Of a stretch of 64,000 nt of DNA, positions 26,901 to 41,900 are shown piece after piece. The notes below the pieces were generated by a model, which saw nothing but the letters and a program-made list of their open reading frames with translations, made no database searches and was not told where the DNA came from. The position numbers and the translations under genes were made by a program. The DNA comes from Auanema rhodensis (taxonomy: Eukaryota; Animalia; Nematoda). The stretch spans positions 19,220,001-19,284,000 of the forward strand of contig OZ059895.1 of assembly GCA_964057225.1 (NCBI GenBank), read 5' to 3'. How positions within the stretch are numbered: position 1 is the stretch's first letter; the number at the start of each line of letters is the position of its first letter.

Positions 26901-29049
26901 ATATATAATTAGCATAAATTAAAGTTCACGTAAATTTCAAAGTCATGGTTACCATGCACCAATATCAATAAAAATTTGTTTTTAGACTAATATGGACATG
27001 GGGAATCTAATTTTGAAAACCGCATCTCTTTATCTTTCACGGGAAGCGAGTTACATACCATTTGCACATCACGTGTATATATAATTAGCATAAATTAAAG
27101 TTCACGTAAATTTCAAAGTCATGGTTACCATGCACCAATATCAATAAAAATTTGTTTTTAGACTAACATGGACATGGGGAATCTAATTTTGAAAACCGCA
27201 TCTTTTTATCTTTCACAGGAAGCGAGTTACATACCATGTGCACATCACGTGTACAATTAATTAGCATAAATTAAAGTTCACGTAAATTTCACAGTCATGG
27301 TTACCATGCACCAATATCAATAAAAATTTGTTTTTAGACTAATATGGACATGGGGAATCTAATTTTGAGAACCGCATCTTTTTATCTTTCACAGGAAGCG
27401 AGTTACACACCATGTGCACATCACGTGTATATATAATTAGCATAAATTAAAGTTCACGTAAATTTCAAAGTCATGGTTACCATACACCGATATCAATAAT
27501 GTTATGTTTTTAGACTAATATGGACATGGGGAATCTAATTTTGAAAACCGCATCTCTTTATCTTTCACGGGAAGCGAGTTACATACCATTTTCACATCAC
27601 GTGTATATATAATTAGCATAAATTAAAGTTCACGTAAATTTCAAAGTCATGGTTACCATGCACCAATATCAATAAAAATTTGTTTTTAGACTAATATGGA
27701 CATGGGGAATCTAATTTTGAAAACCGCATCTTTTTATCTTTCACGGGAAGCGAGTTACATACCATTTGCACATCACGTGTATATATAATTAGCATAAATT
27801 AAAGTTCACGTAAATTTCAAAGTCATGGTTACCATACACCGATATCAATAAAAATTTGTTTTTAGACTAATATGGACATGGGGAATCTAATTTTGAAAAC
27901 CGCATCTCTTTATCTTTCACGGGAAGCGAGTTACATACCATTTGCACATCACGTGTATATATAATTAGCATAAATTAAAGTTCACGTAAATTTCAAAGTC
28001 ATGGTTACCATGCACCAATATCAATAATGTTATGGTTTTAGACTAATATGGACATGGGGAATCTAATTTTGAAAACCGCATCTTTTTATCTTTCACGGGA
28101 AGCGAGTTACATACCATTTGCACATCACGTGTATATATAATTAGCATAAATTAAAGTTCACGTAAATTTCAAAGTCATGGTTACCATGCACCAATATCAA
28201 TAAAAATTTGTTTTTAGACTAATATGGACATGGGGAATCTAATTTTGAAAACCGCATCTGTTTATCTTTCACGGGAAGCGAGTTACATACCATTTGCACA
28301 TCACGTGTATATATAATTAGCATAAATTAAAGTTCACGTAAATTTCAAAGTCATGGTTACCATACACCGATATCAATAATGTTATGGTTTTAGACTAATA
28401 TGGACATGGGGAATCTAATTTTGAAAACCGCATCTTTTTATCTTTCACGGGAAGCGAGTTACATACCATTTGCACATCACGTGTATATATAATTAGCATA
28501 AATTAAAGTTCACGTAAATTTCAAAGTCATGGTTACCATGCACCAATATCAATAAAAATTTGTTTTTAGACTAATATGGACATGGGGAATCTAATTTTGA
28601 AAACCGCATCTCTTTATCTTTCACGGGAAGCGAGTTACATACCATTTGCACATCACGTGTACAATTAATTAGCATAAATTAAAGTTCACGTAAATTTCAA
28701 AGTCATGGTTACCATACACCGATATCAATAATGTTATGATTTTAGACTAATATGGACATGGGGAATCTAATTTTGAAAACCGCATCTCTTTATCTTTCAC
28801 GGGAAGCGAGTTACATACCATTTGCACATCACGTGTATATATAATTAGCATAAATTAAAGTTCACGTAAATTTCAAAGTCATGATTACCATGCACCAATA
28901 TCAATAAAAATTTGTTTTTAGACTAATATGGACATGGGGAATCTAATTTTGAAAACCGCATCTCTTTATCTTTCACGGGAAGCGAGTTACATACCATTTG
29001 CACATCACGTGTATATATAATTAGCATAAATTAAAGTTCATGTAAATTT

Positions 29050-31180
29050 CAAAGTCATGGTTACCATACACCGATATCAATAATGTTATGTTTTTAGACT
29101 AATATGGACATGGGGAATCTAATTTTGAAAACCGCATCTCTTTATCTTTCACGGGAAGCGAGTTACATACCATGTGCACATCACGTGTACAATTAATTAG
29201 CATAAATTAAAGTTCACGTAAATTTCAAAGTCATTGTTACCACGCACCAATATCAATAATGTTATGTTTTTAGACTAATATGGACATGGGGAATCTAATT
29301 TTGAAAACCGCATCTCTTTATCTTCCACGGGAAGCGAGTTACATTCCACGTGCACATCACGTGTACATTTAATTAGCATAAATTAAAGTTCACGTAAATT
29401 TCAAAGTCATTGTTACCATGCACCAAAATCAATAAAAATTTGTTTTTAGACTAATATGGAGCTGGGGAATCTAATTTTGAGAACCGCATCTCTTTATCTT
29501 CCACGGGAAGCAAGTTACATACCATGTGCACATCACGTGTACAATAAATTAGCATAAATTAAAGTTCACGTGAATTTGAAATTCATGGTAACCATACACC
29601 GATATCAATAATGTTTTGTTTTTAGACTAATATGGATATGGGGAATCTAATTTTGAAAACCGCATCTTTTTATCTTTCACGGGAAGCGAGTTACATACCA
29701 TGTGCACATCACGTGTACAATTAATTAGCATAAATTAAAGTTCACGTAAATTTCAAAGTCATGGTTACCATGCACCAATATCAATAAAAATTTGTTTTTA
29801 GACTAATATGGACATGGGGAATCTAATTTTGAAAACCGCATCTTTTTATCTTTCACGGGAAGCGAGTTACATACCATTTGCACATCACGTGTATATATAA
29901 TTAGCATAAATTAAAGTTCACGTAAATTTCAAAGTCATGGTTACCATGCACCAATATCAATAAAAATTTGTTTTTAGACTAATATGGATATGGGGAATCT
30001 AATTCTGAAAACCGCATCTCTTTATCTTTCACGGGAAGCGAGTTATTACATACCATTTGCACATCACGTGTATATATAATTAGCATAAATTAAAGTTCAC
30101 GTAAATTTCAAAGTCATGGTTACCATACACCGATATCAATAATGTTATGTTTTTAGACTAATATGGACATGGGGAATCTAATTTTGAAAACCGCATCTCT
30201 TTATCTTTCACGGGAAGCGAGTTACATACCATGTGCACATCACGTGTACAATTAATTAGCATAAATTAAAGTTCACGTAAATTTCAAAGTCATTGTTACC
30301 ACGCACCAATATCAATAATGTTATGTTTTTAGACTAATATGGACATGGGGAATCTAATTTTGAAAACCGCATCTCTTTATCTTTCACGGGAAGCGAGTTA
30401 CATACCACGTGCACATCACGTGTACATTTAATTAGCATAAATTAAAGTTCATGTAAATTTCAAAGTCATTGTTACCATGCACCAAAATCAATAAAAATTT
30501 GTTTTTAGACTAATATGGACATGGGGAATCTAATTTTGAGAACCGCATCTCTTTATCTTTCACGGGAAGCGAGTTACATACCATGTGCACATCACGTGTA
30601 CAATAAATTAGCATAAATTAAAGTTCACGTGAATTTGAAATTCATGGTAACCATACACCGATATCAATAATGTTTTGTTTTTAGACTAATATGGATATGG
30701 GGAATCTAATTTTGAAAACCGCATCTTTTTATCTTTCACGGGAAGCGAGTTACATACCATGTGCACATCACGTGTACAATTAATTAGCATAAATTAAAGT
30801 TCACGTAAATTTCAAAGTCATGGTTACCATGCACCAATATCAATAAAAATTTGTTTTTAGACTAATATGGACATGGGGAATCTAATTTTGAAAACCGCAT
30901 CTTTTTATCTTTCACGGGAAGCGAGTTACATACCATTTGCACATCACGTGTATATATAATTAGCATAAATTAAAGTTCACGTAAATTTCAAAGTCATGGT
31001 TACCATGCACCAATATCAATAAAAATTTGTTTTTAGACTAATATGGACATGGGGAATCTAATTCTGAAAACCGCATCTCTTTATCTTTCACGGGAAGCGA
31101 GTTATTACATACCATTTGCACATCACGTGTATATATAATTAGCATAAATTAAAGTTCACGTAAATTTCAAAGTCATGGTT
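29050..31180. repeat. Tandem duplication of a 6-monomer block (1059 bp)
   Basis: CACCAAAATC at 29421/30480, with matching order of monomer types. 1059 = 6x176+3. Confidence 0.8.
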
Positions 31181-34100
31181 ACCATGCACCAATATCAATA
31201 AAAATTTGTTTTTAGACTAACATGGACATGGGGAATCTAATTTTGAAAACCGCATCTTTTTATCTTTCACGGGAAGCGAGTTACATACCATGTGCACATC
31301 ACGTGTACAATTAATTAGCATAAATTAAAGTTCACGTAAATTTCACAGTCATGGTTACCATGCACCAATATCAATAAAAATTTGTTTTTAGACTAATATG
31401 GACATGGGGAATCTAATTTTGAGAACCGCATCTCTTTATCTTTCACGGGAAGCGAGTTACATACCATTTGCACATCACGTGTATATATAATTAGCATAAA
31501 TTAAAGTTCACGTAAATTTCAAAGTCATGGTTACCATGCACCAATATCAATAAAAATTTGTTTTTAGACTAACATGGACATGGGGAATCTAATTTTGAAA
31601 ACCGCATCTCTTTATCTTTCAAGGGAAGCGAGTTACACACCATGTGCACATCACGTGTACATTTAATTAGCATAACTTAAAGTTCACGTAAATTTCAAAG
31701 TCATGGTTACCATGCACCAATATCAATAAAAATTTGTTTTTAGACTAATATGGACATGGGGAATCTAATTCTGAAAACCGCATCTCTTTATCTTTCACGG
31801 GAAGCGAGTTATTACATACCATTTGCACATCACGTGTATATATAATTAGCATAAATTAAAGTTCACGTAAATTTCAAAGTCATGGTTACCATGCACCAAT
31901 ATCAATAAAAATTTGTTTTTAGACTAACATGGACATGGGGAATCTAATTTTGAAAACCGCATCTTTTTATCTTTCACGGGAAGCGAGTTACATACCATTT
32001 GCACATCACGTGTATATATAATTAGCATAAATTAAAGTTCACGTAAATTTCAAAGTCATGGTTACCATGCACCAATATCAATAAAAATTTGTTTTTAGAC
32101 TAATATGGACATGGGGAATCTAATTTTGAAAACCGCATCTTTTTATCTTTCACGGGAAGCGAGTTACACACCATGTGCACATCACGTGTACATTTAATTA
32201 GCATAACTTAAAGTTCACGTAAATTTCAAAGTCATGGTTACCATGCACCAATATCAATAAAAATTTGTTTTTAGACTAATATGGACACGGGGAATCTAAT
32301 TTTGAAAACCGCATCTTTTTATCTTTCACGGGAAGCGAGTTACATACCATGTGCACATCACGTGTACAATTAATTAGCATAAATTAAAGTTCACGTAAAT
32401 TTCACAGTCATGGTTACCATGCACCAATATCAATAATGTTTTGTTTTTAGACTAATATGGACATGGGGAATCTAATTTTGAAAACCGCATCTCTTTATCT
32501 TTCACGGGAAGCGAGTTACACACCATTTGCACATCACGTGTATATATAATTAGCATAACTTAAAGTTCACGTAAATTTCAAAGTCATGGTTACCATACAC
32601 CGATATCAATAAAAATTTGTTTTTAGACTAATATGGACATGGGGAATCTAATTCTGAAAACCGCATCTCTTTATGTTTCACGGGAAGCGAGTTATTACAT
32701 ACCATTTGCACATCACGTGTACAATTAATTAGCATAAATTAAAGTTCACGTAAATTTGAAATTCATGGTAACCATACACCGATATCAATAATGTTTTGTT
32801 TTTAGACTAATATGGACATGGGGAATCTTATTTTGAAAACCGCATCTCTTTATCTTTCACGGGAAGCGAGTTACATACCATTTGCACATCACGTGTATAT
32901 ATAATTAGCATAAATTAAAGTTCACGTAAATTTCAAAGTCATGGTTACCATACACCGATATCAATAATGTTATGGTTTTAGACTAATATGGACATGGGGA
33001 ATCTAATTTTGAAAACCGCATCTTTTTATCTTTCACGGGAAGCGAGTTACATACCATTTGCACATCACGTGTATATATAATTAGCATAAATTAAAGTTCA
33101 CGTAAATTTCAAAGTCATGGTTACCATGCACCAATATCAATAAAAATTTGTTTTTAGACTAATATGGACATGGGGAATCTAATTTTGAAAACCGCATCTC
33201 TTTATCTTTCACGGGAAGCGAGTTACATACCATTTGCACATCACGTGTATATATAATTAGCATAAATTAAAGTTCATGTAAATTTGAAATTCATGGTAAC
33301 CATACACCAATATCAATAAAAATTTGTTTTTAGACTGATATGGACATGGGGAAGCTAATTTTGAAAACGCATCTCTTTATCTTTCACGTGAAGCGAGTTA
33401 CATACCAAGTGCACATCACGTGTACATTTAATTAGCATAAATTAAAGTTCACGTAAATTTCAAAGTCATGGTTACCATACACCGATATCAATAAAAATTT
33501 GTTTTTAGACTAATATGGACATGGGGAATCTAATTCTGAAAACCGCATCTCTTTATGTTTCACGGGAAGCGAGTTATTACATACCATTTGCACATCACGT
33601 GTATATATAATTAGCATAAATTAAAGTTCACGTAAATTTCAAAGTCATGGTTACCATACACCGATATCAATAATGTTATGGTTTTAGACTAATATGGACA
33701 TGGGGAATCTAATTTTGAAAACCGCATCTTTTTATCTTTCACGGGAAGCGAGTTACATACCATTTGCACATCACGTGTATATATAATTAGCATAAATTAA
33801 AGTTCACGTAAATTTCAAAGTCATGGTTACCATGCACCAATATCAATAAAAATTTGTTTTTAGACTAATATGGACATGGGGAATCTAATTTTGAAAACCG
33901 CATCTCTTTATCTTTCACGGGAAGCGAGTTACATACCATTTGCACATCACGTGTATATATAATTAGCATAAATTAAAGTTCACGTAAATTTCAAAGTCAT
34001 GGTTACCATGCACCAATATCAATAAAAATTTGTTTTTAGACTAATATGGACATGGGGAATCTAATTTTGAAAACCGCATCTCTTGATCTTTCACGGGAAG

Positions 34101-35999
34101 CGAGTTACATACCATTTGCACATCACGTGTATATATAATTAGCATAAATTAAAGTTCACGTAAATTTCAAAGTCATGGTTACCATGCACCAATATCAATA
34201 AAAATTTGTTTTTAGACTAACATGGACATGGGGAATCTAATTTTGAAAACCGCATCTTTTTATCTTTCACGGGAAGCGAGTTACATACCATGTGCACATC
34301 ACGTGTACAATTAATTAGCATAAATTAAAGTTCACGTAAATTTCACAGTCATGGTTACCATGCACCAATATCAATAAAAATTTGTTTTTAGACTAATATG
34401 GACATGGGGAATCTAATTTTGAGAACCGCATCTTTTTATCTTTCACGGGAAGCGAGTTACACACCATGTGCACATCACGTGTACATTTAATTAGCATAAC
34501 TTAAAGTTCACGTAAATTTCAAAGTCATGGTTACCATGCACCAATATCAATAAAAATTTGTTTTTAGACTAATATGGACACGGGGAATCTAATTTTGAAA
34601 ACCGCATCTTCTTATCTTTCACGGGAAGCGAGTTACATACCATGTGCACATCACGTGTACAATTAATTAGCATAAATTAAAGTTCACGTAAATTTGAAAT
34701 TCATGGTAACCATACACCGATATCAATAATGTTTTGTTTTTAGACTAATATGGACATGGGGAATCTTATTTTGAAAACCGCATCTCTTTATCTTTCACGG
34801 GAAGCGAGTTACATACCATTTGCACATCACGTGTATATATAATTAGCATAAATTAAAGTTCACGTAAATTTCAAAGTCATGGTTACCATGCACCAATATC
34901 AATAAAAATTTGTTTTTAGACTAATATGGACATGGGGAATCTAATTTTGAAAACCGCATCTCTTTATCTTTCACGGGAAGCGAGTTACATACCATGTGCA
35001 CATCACGTGTACAATTAATTAGCATAAATTAAAGTTCACGTAAATTTCAAAGTCATGGTTACCATACACCGATATCAATAAAAATTTGTTTTTAGACTAA
35101 TATGGACATGGGGAATCTAATTTTGAAAACCGCATCTTTTTATCTTTCACGGGAAGCGAGTTACATACCATTTGCACATCACGTGTATATATAATTAGCA
35201 TAAATTAAAGTTCACGTAAATTTCAAAGTCATGGTTACCATACACCGATATCAATAATGTTATGGTTTTAGACTAATATGGACATGGGGAATCTAATTTT
35301 GAAAACCGCATCTTTTTATCTTTCACGGGAAGCGAGTTACATACCATTTGCACATCACGTGTATATATAATTAGCATAAATTAAAGTTCACGTAAATTTC
35401 AAAGTCATGGTTACCATGCACCAATATCAATAAAAATTTGTTTTTAGACTAATATGGACATGGGGAATCTAATTTTGAAAACCGCATCTCTTTATCTTTC
35501 ACGGGAAGCGAGTTACATACCATTTGCACATCACGTGTATATATAATTAGCATAAATTAAAGTTCACGTAAATTTCAAAGTCATGGTTACCATACACCGA
35601 TATCAATAATGTTATGGTTTTAGACTAATATGGACATGGGGAATCTAATTTTGAAAACCGCATCTTTTTATCTTTCACGGGAAGCGAGTTACATACCATT
35701 TGCACATCACGTGTATATATAATTAGCATAAATTAAAGTTCACGTAAATTTCAAAGTCATGGTTACCATGCACCAATATCAATAAAAATTTGTTTTTAGA
35801 CTAATATGGACATGGGGAATCTAATTTTGAAAACCGCATCTCTTTATCTTTCACGGGAAGCGAGTTACATACCATTTGCACATCACGTGTATATATAATT
35901 AGTATAAATTAAAGTTCATGTAAATTTGAAATTCATGGTAACCATACACCAATATCAATAATGTTATGGTTTTAGACTAATATGGACATGGGGAATCTA

Positions 36000-38900
36000 A
36001 TTTTGAAAACCGCATCTTTTTATCTTTCACGGGAAGCGTGTTACATACCATTTGCACATCACGTGTATATATAATTAGCATAAATTAAAGTTCACGTAAA
36101 TTTCAAAGTCATGGTTACCATGCACCAATATCAATAAAAATTTGTTTTTAGACTAATATGGACATTGGGAATCTAATTTTGAAAACCGCATCTCTTTATC
36201 TTTCACGGGAAGCGTGTTACATACCATTTGCACATCACGTGTATATATAATTAGCATAAATTAAAGTTCACGTAAATTTCAAAGTCATGGTTACCATGCA
36301 CCAATATCAATAAAAATTTGTTTTTAGACTAATATGGACATTGGGAATCTAATTTTGAAAACCGCATCTCTTTATCTTTCACGGGAAGCGAGTTACATAC
36401 CATTTGCACATCACGTGTATATATAATTAGCATAAATTAAAGTTCACGTAAATTTCAAAGTCATGGTTACCATACACTGATATCAATAATGTTATGGTTT
36501 TAGACTAATATGGACATGGGGAATCTAATTTTGAAAACCGCATCTTTTTATCTTTCACGGGAAGCGTGTTACATACCATTTGCACATCACGTGTATATAT
36601 AATTAGCATAAATTAAAGTTCACGTAAATTTCAAAGTCATGGTTACCATGCACCAATATCAATAAAAATTTGTTTTTAGACTAATCTGGACATGGGGAAT
36701 CTAATTTTGAAAACCGCATCTCTTTATCTTTCACGGGAAGCGAGTTACATACCATTTGCACATCACGTGTACAATTAATTAGCATAAATTAAAGTTCACG
36801 TAAATTTCAAAGTCATTGTTACCACGCACCAATATCAATAATGTTATGTTTTTTGACTAATATGGACATGGGGAATCTAATTTTGAAAACCGCATCTCTT
36901 TATCTTTCACGGGAAGCGAGTTACATACCACGTGCACAACACGTGTACAATTAATTAGCATAAATTAAAGTTCATGTAAATTTCAAAGTCATTGTTACCA
37001 CGCACCAATATCAATAATGTTATGTTTTTTGACTAATATGGACATGGGGAATCTAATTTTGAAAACCGCATCTTTTTATCTTTCACGGGAAGCGAGTTAC
37101 ATACCATGTGCACATCACGTGTACAATTAATTAGCATAAATTAAAGTTCATGTAAATTTCAAAGTCATTGTTACCACGCACCAATATCAATAATGTTATG
37201 TTTTTTGACTAATATGGACATGGGGAATCTAATTTTGAAAACCGCATCTCTTTATCTTTCACGGGAAGCGAGTTACATACCACGTGCACATCACGTGTAC
37301 ATTTAATTAGCATAAATTAAAGTTCACGTAAATTTCAAAGTCATGGTTACCATGCACCAATATCAATAAAAATTTGTTTTTAGACTAATATGGACATGGG
37401 GAATCTAATTTTGAAAACCGCATCTCTTTATCTTTCACGGGAAGCGAGTTACATACCATTTGCACATCACGTGTATATATAATTAGCATAAATTAAAGTT
37501 CACGTAAATTTCAAAGTCATGGTTACCATGCACCAATATCAATAAAAATTTGTTTTTAGACTAACATGGACATGGGGAATCTAATTTTGAAAACCGCATC
37601 TTTTTATCTTTCACGGGAAGCGAGTTACATACCATGTGCACATCACGTGTACAATTAATTAGCATAAATTAAAGTTCACGTAAATTTCACAGTCATGGTT
37701 ACCATGCACCAATATCAATAAAAATTTGTTTTTAGACTAATATGGACATGGGGAATCTAATTTTGAGAACCGCATCTTTTTATCTTTCACGGGAAGCGAG
37801 TTACACACCATGTGCACATCACGTGTACATTTAGTTAGCATAACTTAAAGTTCACGTAAATTTCAAAGTCATGGTTACCATGCACCAATATCAATAAAAA
37901 TTTGTTTTTAGACTAATATGGACATGGGGAATCTAATTCTGAAAACCGCATCTCTTTATCTTTCACGGGAAGCGAGTTATTACATACCATTTGCACATCA
38001 CGTGTACATTTAATTAGCATAAATTAAAGTTCACGTAAATTTCAAAGTCATGGTTACCATGCACCAATATCAATAAAAATTTGTTTTTAGACTAATATGG
38101 ACATGGGGAATCTAATTTTGAAAACCGCATCTTTTTATCTTTCACGGGAAGCGAGTTACATACCATGTGCACATCACGTGTACAATTAATTAGCATAAAT
38201 TAAAGTTCACGTAAATTTGAAATTCATGGTAACCATACACCGATATCAATAATGTTTTGTTTTTAGACTAATATGGACATGGGGAATCTAATTTTGAAAA
38301 CCGCATCTCTTTATCTTTCACGGGAAGCGAGTTACATACCATTTGCACATCACGTGTACATTTAATTAGCATAAATTAAAGTTCATGTAAATTTGAAATT
38401 CATGGTAACCATACACCAATATCAATAAAAATTTGTTTTTAGACTGATATGGACATGGGGAAGCTAATTTTGAAAACGCATCTCTTTATCTTTCACGTGA
38501 AGCGAGTTACATACCAAGTGCACATCACGTGTACATTTAATTAGCATAAATTAAAGTTCACGTAAATTTCAAAGTCATGGTTACCATGCACCAATATCAA
38601 TAAAAATTTGTTTTTAGACTAATATGGACATGGGGAATCTAATTTTGAAAACCGCATCTCTTTATCTTTCACGGGAAGCGAGTTACATACCATGTGCACA
38701 TCACGTGTACAATTGATTAGCATAAATTAAAGTTCACGTAAATTTCAAAGTCATGGTTACCATACACCGATATCAATAATGTTTTGTTTTTAGACTAATA
38801 TGGATATGGGGAATCTAATTTTGAAAACCGCATCTCTTTATCTTTCACGGGAAGCGAGTTACATACCATTTGCACATCACGTGTATATATAATTAGCATA

Positions 38901-41900
38901 AATTAAAGTTCACGTAAATTTCAAAGTCATGGTTACCATGCACCAATATCAATAAAAATTTGTTTTTAGACTAATATGGACATTGGGAATCTAATTTTGA
39001 AAACCGCATCTCTTTATCTTTCACGGGAAGCGAGTTACATACCATTTGCACATCACGTGTATATATAATTAGCATGAATTAAAGTTCACGTAAATTTCAA
39101 AGTCATGGTTACCATACACTGATATCAATAATGTTATGGTTTTAGACTAATATGGACATGGGGAATCTAATTTTGAAAACCGCATCTTTTTATCTTTCAC
39201 GGGAAGCGTGTTACATACCATTTGCACATCACGTGTATATATAATTAGCATAAATTAAAGTTCACGTAAATTTCAAAGTCATGGTTACCATGCACCAATA
39301 TCAATAAAAATTTGTTTTTAGACTAATATGGACATGGGGAATCTAATTTTGAAAACCGCATCTTTTTATCTTTCACGGGAAGCGTGTTACATACCATTTG
39401 CACATCACGTGTATATATAATTAGCATAAATTAAAGTTCACGTAAATTTCAAAGTCATGGTTACCATGCACCAATATCAATAAAAATTTGTTTTTAGACT
39501 AATATGGACATTGGGAATCTAATTTTGAAAACCGCATCTCTTTATCTTTCACGGGAAGCGAGTTACATACCATTTGCACATCACGTGTACAATTAATTAG
39601 CATAAATTAAAGTTCACGTAAATTTCAAAGTCATTGTTACCACGCACCAATATCAATAATGTTATGTTTTTTGACTAATATGGACATGGGGAATCTAATT
39701 TTGAAAACCGCATCTCTTTATCTTTCACGGGAAGCGAGTTACATACCACGTGCACATCACGTGTACAATTAATTAGCATAAATTAAAGTTCACGTAAATT
39801 TCAAAGTCATTGTTACCACGCACCAATATCAATAATGTTATGTTTTTTGACTAATATGGACATGGGGAATCTAATTTTGAAAACCGCATCTTTTTATCTT
39901 TCACGGGAAGCGAGTTACATACCATGTGCACATCACGTGTACAATTAATTAGCATAAATTAAAGTTCATGTAAATTTCAAAGTCATTGTTACCACGCACC
40001 AATATCAATAATGTTATGTTTTTTGACTAATATGGACATGGGGAATCTAATTTTGAAAACCGCATCTCTTTATCTTTCACGGGAAGCGAGTTACATACCA
40101 CGTGCACATCACGTGTACATTTAATTAGCATAAATTAAAGTTCACGTAAATTTCACAGTCATGGTTACCATGCACCAATATCAATAAAAATTTGTTTTTA
40201 GACTAATATGGACATGGGGAATCTAATTTTGAAAACCGCATCTTTTTATCTTTCACGGGAAGCGAGTTACATACCACGTGCACATCACGTGTATATATAA
40301 TTAGCATAAATTAAAGTTCACGTAAATTTCAAAGTCATGGTTACCATACACTGATATCAATAATGTTATGGTTTTAGACTAATATGGACATGGGGAATCT
40401 AATTTTGAAAACCGCATCTTTTTATCTTTCACGGGAAGCGTGTTACATACCATTTGCACATCACGTGTATATATAATTAGCATAAATTAAAGTTCACGTA
40501 AATTTCAAAGTCATGGTTACCATGCACCAATATCAATAAAAATTTGTTTTTAGACTAATATGGACATGGGGAATCTAATTTTGAAAACCGCATCTCTTTA
40601 TCTTTCACGGGAAGCGAGTTACATACCATTTGCACATCACGTGTACAATTAATTAGCATAAATTAAAGTTCACGTAAATTTCAAAGTCATTGTTACCACG
40701 CACCAATATCAATAATGTTATGTTTTTTGACTAATATGGACATGGGGAATCTAATTTTGAAAACCGCATCTTTTTATCTTTCACGGGAAGCGAGTTACAT
40801 ACCATGTGCACATCACGTGTACAATTAATTAGCATAAATTAAAGTTCATGTAAATTTCAAAGTCATTGTTACCACGCACCAATATCAATAATGTTATGTT
40901 TTTTGACTAATATGGACATGGGGAATCTAATTTTGAAAACCGCATCTCTTTATCTTTCACGGGAAGCGAGTTACATACCACGTGCACATCACGTGTACAT
41001 TTAATTAGCATAAATTAAAGTTCACGTAAATTTCACAGTCATGGTTACCATGCACCAATATCAATAAAAATTTGTTTTTAGACTAATATGGACATGGGGA
41101 ATCTAATTTTGAAAACCGCATCTTTTTATCTTTCACGGGAAGCGAGTTACATACCACGTGCACATCACGTGTATATATAATTAGCATAAATTAAAGTTCA
41201 CGTAAATTTCAAAGTCATGGTTACCATACACTGATATCAATAATGTTATGGTTTTAGACTAATATGGACATGGGGAATCTAATTTTGAAAACCGCATCTT
41301 TTTATCTTTCACGGGAAGCGTGTTACATACCATTTGCACATCACGTGTATATATAATTAGCATAAATTAAAGTTCACGTAAATTTCAAAGTCATGGTTAC
41401 CATGCACCAATATCAATAAAAATTTGTTTTTAGACTAATATGGACATGGGGAATCTAATTTTGAAAACCGCATCTCTTTATCTTTCACGGGAAGCGAGTT
41501 ACATACCATTTGCACATCACGTGTACAATTAATTAGCATAAATTAAAGTTCACGTAAATTTCAAAGTCATTGTTACCACGCACCAATATCAATAATGTTA
41601 TGTTTTTTGACTAATATGGACATGGGGAATCTAATTTTGAAAACCGCATCTCTTTATCTTTCACGGGAAGCGAGTTACATACCACGTGCACAACACGTGT
41701 ACAATTAATTAGCATAAATTAAAGTTCATGTAAATTTCAAAGTCATTGTTACCACGCACCAATATCAATAATGTTATGTTTTTTGACTAATATGGACATG
41801 GGGAATCTAATTTTGAAAACCGCATCTTTTTATCTTTCACGGGAAGCGAGTTACATACCATGTGCACATCACGTGTACAATTAATTAGCATAAATTAAAG

